Positions 49,923-61,092 of a stretch of 64,000 nucleotides of DNA are shown here, piece after piece. Every line of letters starts with the position of its first letter. Position 1 is the first letter of the stretch. This DNA is from Selaginella moellendorffii (lineage: Eukaryota > Plantae > Lycopodiophyta): positions 18,574 to 82,573 of the forward strand of contig NW_003314345.1 of the NCBI RefSeq assembly GCF_000143415.4. Reading direction: 5' to 3'. Position numbers and translations under genes: made by a program. Below the pieces are notes generated by a model. That model had not been told where the DNA came from. It did no database searches and saw only the letters and a program-made list of their open reading frames with translations.

Positions 49923-50722
49923 TGTAAGCAACCAAAGAGAACGACTCGAGAGATGGTCCATTGGGTTCAAATATAAAAGGAAAGGACCCATGAATAAGAG
50001 TGCACCCCCTTTTCCAATCGGTTAAGGGTCTTGGGATATTTGGGGTTAAGCGTCTTTGGGTTTGAATAGTACTGGGCTGGGTGACCTCCCGGGAAATCCA
50101 AACTCAGGAGGTTACATTTGGTATCAGAGAGGTCTCGGGTCCGACTCTGTTAGTTGGCTAGGGGAATCAAACCACATATTGATTGACATCTGGCTGGTCT
50201 AGTTTGCTCCCAGGTCCGACTCTATTAGTTGGCTAGGGGAATCAAACCACATATTGATTGACATCTGGCTGGTCTAGTTTGCTCCCACTGGGCTCGACCC
50301 GAGGGGTAGGGTGTCAAGAGAGCAGGGCTCTCCCGTTGCTCCCAGGTCCGACTCTATTAGTTGGCTAGGGGAATCAAACCACATATTGATTGACATCTGG
50401 CTGGTCCAGTTTGCTCCCACTGGGCTCGACCCGAGGGGTAGGGTGTCAAGAGAGCAGGGCTCTCGGGAGAGCTGCAGCTCTCAGCTTCCGTTCACGAGGG
50501 CGTGAACTTGCAGGGAAGCGTGGTGGATTGTAAGCAACCAAAAAGAACGACTTGAGAGATGGTCCATGGGGTTCAAATATAGAGGGAAAGGGCTCATGAA
50601 TAAGAGTGCACCCCCTTTTCCAATTGGTTAAGGGTCTTGGGATATTTGGGGTTAAGCGTCCTGGGGTTTGAATAGTACTGGGCTGGGTGACCTCCTGAGA
50701 AGTCCAAACTCAGGAGCTTACA
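49923..50722 (+). mobile_element. Cassandra-type TRIM copy 2
   Basis: 194-bp LTRs 49923-50116 and 50529-50722; PBS TGGTATCAGAG; PPT ~50513-50528; perfect TSD CCCCA; 5S-like blocks 50044-50099 and 50650-50705; empty site in C2 near 44055. Confidence 0.93.
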
Positions 50723-52038
50723 CCCCACTAATAGAGATTTACAACACCGAAGACCACTAACTTTTGTTCACAACACGGACAAGCTCATGTCACTCTCTTT
50801 CTGACCAAGCTCAAAACTAATCCAACACCAAGCTACTTAAGAAGCAATAACAACGTTCCCCGAAAAAGAATTGAGCATTATAACCCAAGTCTTCCAATAG
50901 TAAGCTTAGACAAAATGGTTTAGAGTTTCACCGCTATCCATCCCACAACTCACAATTTGTAAGATTATCATTTCCAATATGCATCAAGATAAGGACTTTT
51001 GATTGCATAATGTGAACACGGGCAATGAGTCACACCTCGTTGCTAATCATCTCTCCAAGAAGAGAAAATGATTTACGTATTTGATCCTTCGTCCTTGATA
51101 GCTCTCTTTTCGATCCTAACTTTGACTTAACTTTAAGCTTGCTTTTGCACTACTTTTAGTCCAATCCAAGAAAAGTTTATGAGTGATTATTTGAATTAAT
51201 AAACTCATCCTTACAGTCTCAATTGGCTCACTTATAATTATGCATGGGAAGGATCCACTAATGTCGTGCTAAATAGCTATGGACTAGCCTATTTGCCACT
51301 TATAGCAAACCTAGGGAAGGTTTACTTTCACCCATGGTATATGGAACAACTCATAGAACCACTGTTAGGCTAACATTAATCCTGCCAACTCAAAATGTAA
51401 CCTTGAGTTGCTAATGTGCTTCACTCACGAGCCCAAGTACAAACTCGTGCAAACGAAACAACTCAGTCCACCTTATGAGCCCAAGAGCAAGCTCACATAA
51501 TATGGAACAAGAAGGTAACCAAATCCATACCCAAAGAACCATTGCAAAGCCTTTGCACCTAAATATGTACCCACTTGGACCATCGTTTTCATCTCTGCAT
51601 ATGTAACAAAATTAGTTGCCCAATCTCATTGGATAGTACTCATCGAGACTCATCCTCTGATACCAAATGTAGCATATATAGGTTTTACCCTTTCTCCTAT
51701 GGTGATTTACCATAGGATAACACCACGAAGCCAAACCTAAACCCTCTATATGCCACATGTCATATGCCATGTGTCTATAGGATAGTGGTGTGGAACCCAA
51801 AGTTAAGGGCCTTGGGCCATTGAACGAAGGAATGGTGCCAAACCCCCAAGCATGGAGCCAAGGAGTGATGGAACCGAACCATAGAGCAACTCCTAAGCAT
51901 ATAGCCCAAGGAGTGAAGGGACAGGACCCGGAGCGACTTCGAATAGTCCTAGAGCAACTAACATCCCAATGCCAAGACCAGCATGCAAAACGGAGCCAAA
52001 CGGAGTTTAGCGCTATTTTGGCATACCGGTGGCCTAAC

Positions 52039-53188
52039 TGTAAGCCACAAATTTTTCTTTTCCAATTTGCCAGCTTACCTCGTCTATCCGACCAACACTG
52101 CCTTGGCTTGTGCTAAGTTCCCTCGCCAAGGTTCTCGCCTATTGCACCAGCTCCTACTTGGTCCTACTTGGTTTCAGCTACTCACTGCACGAGCAATGGA
52201 GAGTTAGCCTTCCATCCACAGATTCCCAAATCTCTCCCAATCCCCCTCCTCGGGTTAGACTGGACTTAAGGATCGGCTACACTCCCCGCAGGCACAAGCA
52301 GCCAAGCACACCAAGCCTCCAGATTCCTAACACCCCTTGGTACAACAAGGCTTGATCATAGGACCCTTTAAATCCCAAGCTTTGGGTGCAACACTTTCTT
52401 CGGGACATTAGGGCGAAATACCGTGGCCTAACGGCCCGGTATGGGTACCTCTACCCCCCCACTTCCATCCCGAAGGGAAGGCCCAAGCCCCTAGGAAGGG
52501 CGAGGACCAATGAGCCACAAGGTACTCAAGTGGGGCACCACTCCACATGAGTTGGGAGCACCACAGTCGGTTTCCCTTTCGGAAGTGGGAGCTGCTCTTG
52601 AGCACTTCCTTGGGTGGCCCCTTCGGCACCTCCCAAGCCCATGCTCACTCCCACCCAAGGCCCCTCGGCCCCAATCTCAACCTCAAGTCAGTTTAGAAGC
52701 ACCACTGGAGAGTTCCTTCAAGATTGGTTCCTAGACCTCACTATCCCTACTATACTTTTGGAACCCCCTGCAGCCCCTTGGGAGACGCACGCTTTGGGCT
52801 TTCACCCCTTGACCCGTATTAGTATTTGGACTTAGTCTAGAATTTGATCTCGGACTCGGACTCGATCTCGGACCCGACTTCGGACTCGGTCTCAGACTCG
52901 ATCTCGGACTTGATCTCGGACCCGATCTCGGACTCGACTTTGGACTCAACATCAGACTCGGTCTTGGACTCGATTTGGATCTCAGACTCTAGTCTTGAAC
53001 TCGGTCTCGAACTCGGTACTCCGATTCGGCGCTCGAACTCTATCTCGAACTCGATCTCAGAAGTACGGGATCTTGGAGCTCCGAAGTACTTTCGCAAACT
53101 CGGTCCCACCCGATGAACTCTTTGTCATTTCGGTCATGCTTTCGAGGATCCTTTAGCCTACGACACCTCGGGGAGTCGGTTCCTTACA
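52039..53188 (-). mobile_element. Solo LTR of family D inserted in the C1 5' LTR
   Basis: TGTAAG..CTTACA, 1150 bp, perfect TSD CTAAC, colinear with 35793-37601 minus TRIM E. Confidence 0.95.
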
Positions 53189-55691
53189 CTAACGTGAAGA
53201 TATGGGTACTCCACTAGTTAGCATGGAACTGGAACTTGGGTTTAGACACAAGCCAGACACAGAACAAGGATAGGCATGCAAGTAGGAGCTAAACTTATTG
53301 CATTCAGGTTAGTCCGGCCCATGNNNNNNNNNNNNNNNNNNNNNNNNNNNNNNNNNNNNNNNNNNNNNNNNNNNNNNNNNNNNNNNNNNNNNNNNNNNNN
53401 NNNNNNNNNNNNNNNNNNNNNNNTCCTTATGCTCATCCAGCCAAATACAGATGCAAAGTCCAGTTTACTAACACTTGAACAAGAGGGACTAATAAAGGGT
53501 CCAGCAATACTAATCTCCTGCCATCATGGCAGTAAGGAAAGAGTGTTTGTAAGGATTAACTAACAGGTAACTTTCGATACCCGAAGTCATATTTGTGACA
53601 TTTTGGACGATTGGCTTATTAAACGTTATACCAAACCTTACAAACTTGCAATTCAACTTGCTGCAATAACTGATTTGGTCTTTTCAACTGAGAAAAAAGC
53701 CTATTATATAAACCATATATTATAATATTGGGAAAACAAATTAACACTAAGTCATTCATTTTGTATTCCGCAGATAAAAAATAATAGGAATTGCAATGTC
53801 ATTGTTGTCTCACTTGTACATAGCTTGAGTGTTCGATAAACTCTATTTAGACAAGTAGAAGAATGCTCGTCAAATATTGATCCCAATACCTAGCATCAGC
53901 AGCTTGTGACAATCACAAATGTAAACCCAACTTTATTAGCAATATTAAATCATGGTTATATAGGAGTTTATATGATGAAACACCAATAAAACTCTATACC
54001 CCTATATCATATGCATACCAAACAAATAGTAAATAACCATCCTAATTTGAATACTAAAAGTTCATGTACTTCATGATTATTCTTTTAAAGGTCCAATCAG
54101 TTGTCCTATCAAACCATTTGTCTATGGATGATAAATACTTGGGGAAGTGTGGCATATCCCCAATTAAGACATTAAAATATGAAATGCCTCAACAATATTT
54201 ATCCCAACAGAATTGTTGGAATGCGAGGAAGTATCCAACAACAATTGCAGATGCACTACCAAGAGCATTGACTTCCACTTAATGAGTCAAGTAATCAAAA
54301 TGAATAATGACATATTCATTGCCAACTGTTGATTGTGGAAAAGGCCCCATCAAATCAAATATTACTAACTCAAATAAATGGGAAATTGCAATTGACTTCA
54401 ACTGTCTTTTTGCAGCATGAGGGGGAGTACTAAGAGCTTCGTACCAAACCCAACTACACACATACCAAATAACATTACATTGCACTTCCAGCCAATAGAA
54501 AAAACTTATACACCTTCTCAATCACACAATAATGTTTTATATACCCATATAAAATTGGAGAATCATGATAGCCATAAAGAAAGTGTGGAATAAAGATTAA
54601 AGGCACTACTAGCCATAAATGATTATTATGATTCATCCCCACAAAATAAAGAATGTTATCTTCAAAGTGATATTAAGAATGTAAATGCCGAAATAACAAG
54701 TTATCAATAAATGATGCATGATTCTCAAACCCATTGTGAAGTCTTTGGATCCATAGTTCAACCTTTTAAACTTTATGAACCTCATTAAGAGAAGGTAAAT
54801 TTTGCTCTGTGCCTTATGGACACTAAACATTTAGTGCAGCAATTATAGACAATACAAAAATCTCATTTAAAAAATCCATAAATGCTGGAATAATAGATTT
54901 ATCAAGAACAGGAGAAGAGAGAGAACAAAGAAGAGGAGCTTGAGAAAAGGCATTAACATTAATCATAGAACTCCCCGAGTTTTGAACAATCTCGAAATTA
55001 TATATTTGAAGCTTTAGAGATTACTAAGTAGTACGACCAACTAAGTTCTTTTGCTTCAATAACAAAGTAACCGTGGCATGATCATTTTCTACTAACATCT
55101 TAAAACTATGCAAATATGTATAAAGCTTCTTAAAACCCCAAACTATTGCTAAACACTTAATCTCTATTTTGAAGTAGTACACTTTTGCTAGTGGTATAAT
55201 TTATAACTAATGTATGCAATGGAATGAAATTGACTAAACATAGTCTTGCTTTCTTGCATCAACACACCTCCAATACTGATATTAAAAGCATCCATATGCA
55301 ACACCAAAATGGGAGGAGTTGTTAATACTCTTTGAGATTTGTAAATGCCCACTCATAATTCATGGATTAAATGAAAGATAACATTAACAACTTCAACAAT
55401 GGTTGCAACGGTGCAATATGATAAGAAAAATAATCAATGAAACAATTGATATATTGCAACCTACCTAATAAGTGTTGCACATCATTCACACACTTCAGAG
55501 TAAAAAACTTCAGAAAAATAACAAATTTGTCAAAATCAATTTGCAAACCTTCACAAGAAATATGATACTTAAGTTAAGTCATATTCTTAGATCCAAAGAT
55601 GCATTTCAACCCCTTCAACTTTAAATAACATTCTTGTAGTCGATCCAACATCTTATAAACATTATAGGTATGCTACTTCCATCCCCTTTAA

Positions 55692-58599
55692 GTTCGTAAG
55701 GTGTTAGATTAACTAATGCTCTTTCTTGAGTTCATTTTCATTATTTGCTCTCTTCTCATGTTCCTGACGAGTGTATTGTTTTAGCATATATGGATTTTTT
55801 AAATGAGGTTTTTGGGCTATCAATAATTGCTCTACTAAATGTTTAGTGTCCATAAGGTGTAAAGCAAAATTTATATTCTTTTGACGAGGTTCATGAGGTT
55901 CAAAATGTTGAACTGTGGATCCAAAGGCTTTATAATGTATTTAAGAATTATGCATCATTTATTAATGACTTGCCATTTCAACATTTACATTCTCAATATC
56001 ACTTTGAAGATGACATTTTTTATTTTGTGGGAATGAATCATAATAATCATTTATGGTTAGTGGTGTCTTTGATTTTTATTCCACACTTTCTTTATGCCTA
56101 CCATGATTCTCTTATTCTATATGGGTATATAGGACATCATTGTGTGATTAAGAAAGTGTATAGATTTTTCTATTGGCCGGAGATGTAATGTGATATTATC
56201 TGATATGTGTATAGTTGCATTTAGTGCTAAGCTTCTGATACTCCCCCTTATGCTACAGAAGAACAGTTGGAGTCAATTGCAATTTCTCGTTCATTTGAGT
56301 TGGTGGCATTTGATTTGATGGGGCTTTTTTCACAGTCAATAGTTGGCAATGTGTATGTTATTATTTATTTTGACTACTTGACTCATTGGGTGGAAGTTAA
56401 TGCTCTTGCTACTATGTTTGCAACTACTATTGGATACTTCTTCTTTAATCAAATGGTGTTTTAACAATCCTATCAAGACCAAATTCTCTCAAATGATAGT
56501 CTTGTATTTACGGTTGAGGCATTTTATGTTTTAATATCTTATCTGGAGATATGCCACACTTTCACAAGCATTTATCATTTATAGATAGATAGTTTGGTGG
56601 GACAACTTATTTAGACCCTTAAAGGAATGATTGTGAAGTACGTGAACTTTTAATATTTAGATTGGGATGGTTATTATAAAGAACCAACTCCCTAATATGT
56701 TGTAGGCTAAAGGATCTTTAAAACCATGACCAGAATGATAAAGAATTCATTAGATGAGACCGAGTATGAGATCGAGTCCAAGACCAATTTCAAGACCGAG
56801 TATGAGATCTGAGACCTAAGATTAGGTCCTAAACTGAGTCCGAGATTGAGTCCGAGGTCGAGTCTGAGACTAGGTTCAAGATCGGGTCCGAGATCGAATC
56901 TAAGGTTGAGTTCGAGACCGAGCTTGAGGTCAAGTCTGAGACTGAGCCTAAAGTCAAGTCTAAGACCAAGCCTAAGGTCGAGTCCGAGATCAAGTCCAAA
57001 ATTGAGTCCAAATATTAATATATATATGTCATGTATATGTCATGGGGTGAAAGCCCAAAGTGATAGTCCCCCGGGGGGGGGGGCTGCAAGGGGTTCTAAA
57101 AATATAGTAGAGATAGTGAGGTTTAAAAATCAATCTTGAATTTTGAAAGAACTCTTCAGTGGTCTTTTCAAACCAATTTAAGGTTGAGATTGAGGGTTAG
57201 GGGCCTTGGTTGGTAGTGAGCATGGATTGGAGGGTGCTAAAGAGGCCTCCCAAAGAAGTGCTTAAAATTAACTCCCACTCTCAAAAGGGAAACCAATTGT
57301 TATGTTCCCAACTCATATGGAGTGGTGTCCTGCTTGAGTACTATGTGGTTCATTGATCCTCACTCCTTCCCAAGGGTTTGGGCCTTTTATTCAGGATAAA
57401 AGTGGGAGAGTAGGGGTACCTATATTGGGCTATTAAGCCATAGTGTTTCCCTTTGGGATCCCAAAGTAAGATGCATCTAAAGCATGGGATTTAAAAGTTT
57501 TATAATCAAGTTTTGTTATACTAAGAGATGTTAGGAATTTGGAGGCTTGGTTTGTTTGGCTGCTTGTGCTTGGAAGGACTGTAACTGAACCTTAAGTCCA
57601 ATCTAACTCGGGGAGGGGGACTGGGAGAGAATTTAGGAATCCATAAATGGATGGATAATACTCTATTACTCATGCAGTGAGTAATTAAAACCAAAGAGAA
57701 CCAAATAGAAGTTACTATAATAGGTGGGAATCTTAGCAAGGGAGTTTAATTAAGGCCAAGGCAATAGTGGTTGGATAGATGAGGTAAATTGGTAATTTAG
57801 AAAGGAAAAATTTATAGCTTATAGTTATTTGCCATTTGTTTAGTATGTATATAACATAGGGGTATAGAATTCTATTGGTGTTTCACTATTTAAACTCCTA
57901 TATGATCATGATTTGAGTTTACTTTTACAATTGCCACGAGCTGTTGATGTTAAGTATTGGGGTGAACATTTAATAAGCATTCTTCCATTTATCCAAGTAG
58001 AGTCAGTTAAACATTTAGGCTGCATATAAGCGGGATAACAACGGTGTTATAATTCCTATCATTGTCCACTTGTAGAGTATAAAGTGGATGACTTGGTGTT
58101 AGTCTGTTTTCCCAATGTTATGGTATATGGTTTAGCTAAAAGGCTCCTTGCTTAGTGGAAGGGACTGTATTGGGTATTGTGGCAAGTTGAATTGCAAATT
58201 TATAAAATTTGGCATAATGTTTAACAAGCCAATCCTATAGAAATTGTGCATGTGCAACTGTTAAAACACTTCATACAAAGGGATTCAGAACAACTAATAC
58301 CACTTACGGATCCATTGGTGCCTCTTTCTAATGTTCTTCCAAATCTTAGGCTATCAACTAAAGAACCCTGATTGCATTCCATCCTTCCGAGAGTAAAGGA
58401 TGATATCAGGTCTAAGTGTACAATTATAATGCTCTATATTAATATTAATGGCTATATATTAATCTTTATTTTAGTGGAATTTTGATAGCCGTCAGATTGA
58501 TTTTAATCCGAGCCACTCACTTCTATATATAAGCTAGGGTTTTTAGACTAATTGATATGTAAATTTTTGTATCCCCTTTCCATATTCCGTGCAGTCATA
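55692..58599 (+). mobile_element. Element A-prime: inverted copy of family A/B (RT scrap, integrase, PPT, 3' LTR)
   Basis: Integrase remnants (FELVAFDLMG; DYLTHWVEV) on + strand; PPT 58389-58403; LTR 58404-58599 is the reverse complement of A's LTR. Confidence 0.82.
56675..57823 (+). mobile_element. Old, deaminated solo LTR of family D
   Basis: Reverse complement of 52039-53188 with many G>A/C>T changes; TSD GTTAT. Confidence 0.88.
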
Positions 58600-58631
58600 G
58601 AGGTTAATTATTTAAATATAGAGTAATTATA

Positions 58632-58638
<7 letters not shown>

Positions 58639-58665
<27 letters not shown>
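58639..58665. repeat. (TA)n microsatellite running into an assembly gap
   Basis: Directly visible. Confidence 0.9.
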
Positions 58666-58765
58666 NNNNNNNNNNNNNNNNNNNNNNNNNNNNNNNNNNN
58701 NNNNNNNNNNNNNNNNNNNNNNNNNNNNNNNNNNNNNNNNNNNNNNNNNNNNNNNNNNNNNNNNN

Positions 58766-61092
58766 TAAAAATAGAGTTTGAGATGACCCCGAGATGAAGT
58801 CCGAAATGGACCCAAGATGGAGTCTAAGGTTGAGTCCAAGATGGACCTAAGATGGAGTTCAAGATGGAGTTTGAGACTGACACCAAGACCGAGACTGAGA
58901 CCAAGACCAAGACTGAGATGGAGTTTGAGATGGTCCCCAGATGGAGTCGGAGATGGACCCGAGATGGAGTTTGAGATGGACCCGAGATGGAGTCTGAGAT
59001 GGACCCGAGATGGAGTCCGAGATGGAGTCCAAGATGGAGTCTGAGATGGAGTTCAAGATTGAGACTGAGACTGAAACTGAGACTGAGACCAAGACCGAGA
59101 CCGAGAATGAGTTTGAGTTTGAGTCTGAGTCTGAGTCCAAATCTGAGTCTAAGTCAGAGTTTGAGTTAGAGTCCAAATCTGAGTCCGGATCCGAATCCGA
59201 ATCCGAATACTAATACAGGCTGTTGGGTGAAAGCCCAAAATGATCATCCCCCAAGAGGGGGGGAGGGGGGCTATAGGGGGTTTCAAAAGTATAGTAGGGA
59301 GTGTATGGGGGTTGAACCCCAATGGAGTAAGTTTGGCTAGAAAATACTAGTGTAACCCAGGAAGGTCATACTTAAGTGTTGGGTGATGATATATTCATTG
59401 AAGAGTCCAAGGCTAGAGTGAATATGGACAAACAAATGGAATAGCTTGGTGAAGTGTTCAAAAGTCAACTCTAATTCCCCCAAGAGATTAAATGGTTGAT
59501 GCTCTTAGTCCAAGTGTGAGTGGCACTACCTACTTGGATATTTGGCGTGGCTCAATATAACCTCTCTCTAAGCCCATGGCTAGAGCACCCAAAGGTGGAA
59601 GGTGGGGAGAGTACCCATGAGGCTTGCGTAAGGCTATAGTGTTTTGAAATGTTGTCCCAAAATCCCAAACTATAGAAAGAAAGAGAAGCAATCCTCTGAT
59701 ATAGTGACCAAGGATACAGTCACATGGTGAGGAAGTCCTAGACAATAGTGGGGTTTAGTGGTTGAGCCTGTAGGGTTTAGTGGTCGAGCCTATGAGCCTT
59801 GACCCAGTGGTAGTGTTGGCAAACACAGCCATGGACAGAAAGGAACTTCATGAGGACTGAAAAAGGGATATTGGGGAAAGCTATTTCTCATATCTATGGG
59901 CATCCTAAGGATGTTAAAGAGTGAATCTAAGATGATCACTTAGGACAAATGGCCTAATCTTTAAGAAATGAGACTGTGATGTAAGTGGTGTTGGATCACC
60001 GTGTGATAAAAATGAATGGGCATGGCCTTAGTGTAATGGGTTGATATATCAGTGGTACATTTGGGTGTTGATCATGGGATTGAACACATGGAGCACTCAG
60101 ACCAAGTGCAAAGGTTGAATGGCATGGATGCCATTCTCAGGGTTAGCAAACCCTAAGTAAGGAATAGGACTTATGAATGTTGTGAATGAGATTTGTTCAA
60201 GTGGTCGAAGATGTGGTTAAATGACTTAAGTAGAATAGAAAATTTAGTTGCTTACAATTTGGTATAAAAGCTATTCCTTAGTCCAACTTTTATTGGAGGT
60301 CAAATATATCACCATTTGTTGGCATTATAAGGTCTTAGGAGTGGTCCTATCTTTGAGGAGTAGTAGGTCGGGAGGACATGGCTCTTCATTACAATTCATA
60401 TATAAACTTGTAGGAAATGTGGTGGATAGAAAAGGGGCCGATAAGGGAATGACTTTAGGATCTTAGGAATAGTATAAAATTTTCCTTAGAGAGTTGAAAA
60501 TGTGATCTAGATGAGCATTTGACTTAGTAAAGTGGCTAATGTAATTGTGGTAAATAACTATAGTTGAGATCATGGGAAAGACAGAGACTCTAAATCAATA
60601 AAGAAGTCACAAAATTAAGGTTAATGCTTATGAATTTGAGACCAAAATTAATGACTGTGGGAGGTCAAATAGGAATGAAGATATAAGTCCTTAAAATGGT
60701 AGCAAGGGCTACTTTTTATAAATGCTAGAACAAATCTAAGGAGTTGGAGGTGTACTTAGAGGATGAGTTGGTATTCTTATCATATGGATGGATAGTCTTA
60801 TAGGGCAGATGTAGCCCACAGAGAACAGAAAATAATCAAGTGTTAGAATAACACTTGCAAACATAGTTCTTATGAGTAGGACATGAATACAAGAACTTGT
60901 ATTCCAGTGAGCTACACCTCAAAAGTAAAACTTCATGGGTAGTCAAATTATCAAAGTCCAAAAAGCTGGATGACTCAAGTGGAGTCAAGAAATGATCCTA
61001 AGGGATTGGTAGAAGTATTTAGATTGAAGTGTATTGTGCCCTACGAAAAATGGGGAGGATCATAAAATCCAAATATGAAAATAGTGGGTATC
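58766..61092 (+). mobile_element. Element F: unclassified D-related LTR-like remnant with 12-bp minisatellite (58773-59210)
   Basis: GAGATGGAGTCC-type array followed by GGGTGAAAGCCCAAA..AAAAGTATAGTAGGGA block shared with D LTRs; remainder unrecognised. Confidence 0.5.

Larger units (their letters stand above)
41386..53600 (-). mobile_element. Element C1: LTR element with non-coding internal domain (LARD-like), inserted in A integrase
   Basis: 5' LTR 51668-53600, tRNAiMet PBS 51655-51667, internal domain 47804-51667, deleted 3' LTR 41386-41954; flanks TATTG/TTTTG; A sequence resumes on both sides. Confidence 0.78.
32157..55690 (-). mobile_element. Element A: old Ty3/gypsy host element (3' LTR, integrase, RNase H, part of RT) interrupted by B and C1
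   Basis: LTR split into 32157-32198 and 41080-41231; PPT-like tract at 41232; pol remnants 41240-41385 and 53601-55690 are colinear with element B but heavily mutated. Confidence 0.75.

Noticed and set aside
50044-50099. Stand-alone 5S rRNA genes
   Set aside because: Only ~56 bp of the 3' half, embedded in TRIM LTRs; no 5' half or array context
52845-53060. CRISPR-like array
   Set aside because: Contiguous degenerate tandem units with no unique spacers and no cas genes; eukaryotic LTR context
41955-53600. DIRS-type element suggested by inverted LTRs
   Set aside because: TG..CA LTRs with tRNAiMet PBS, no tyrosine recombinase; arm divergence suggests two gypsy-type copies; the TTTTC/TTTTG flank match is not followed by the expected host sequence
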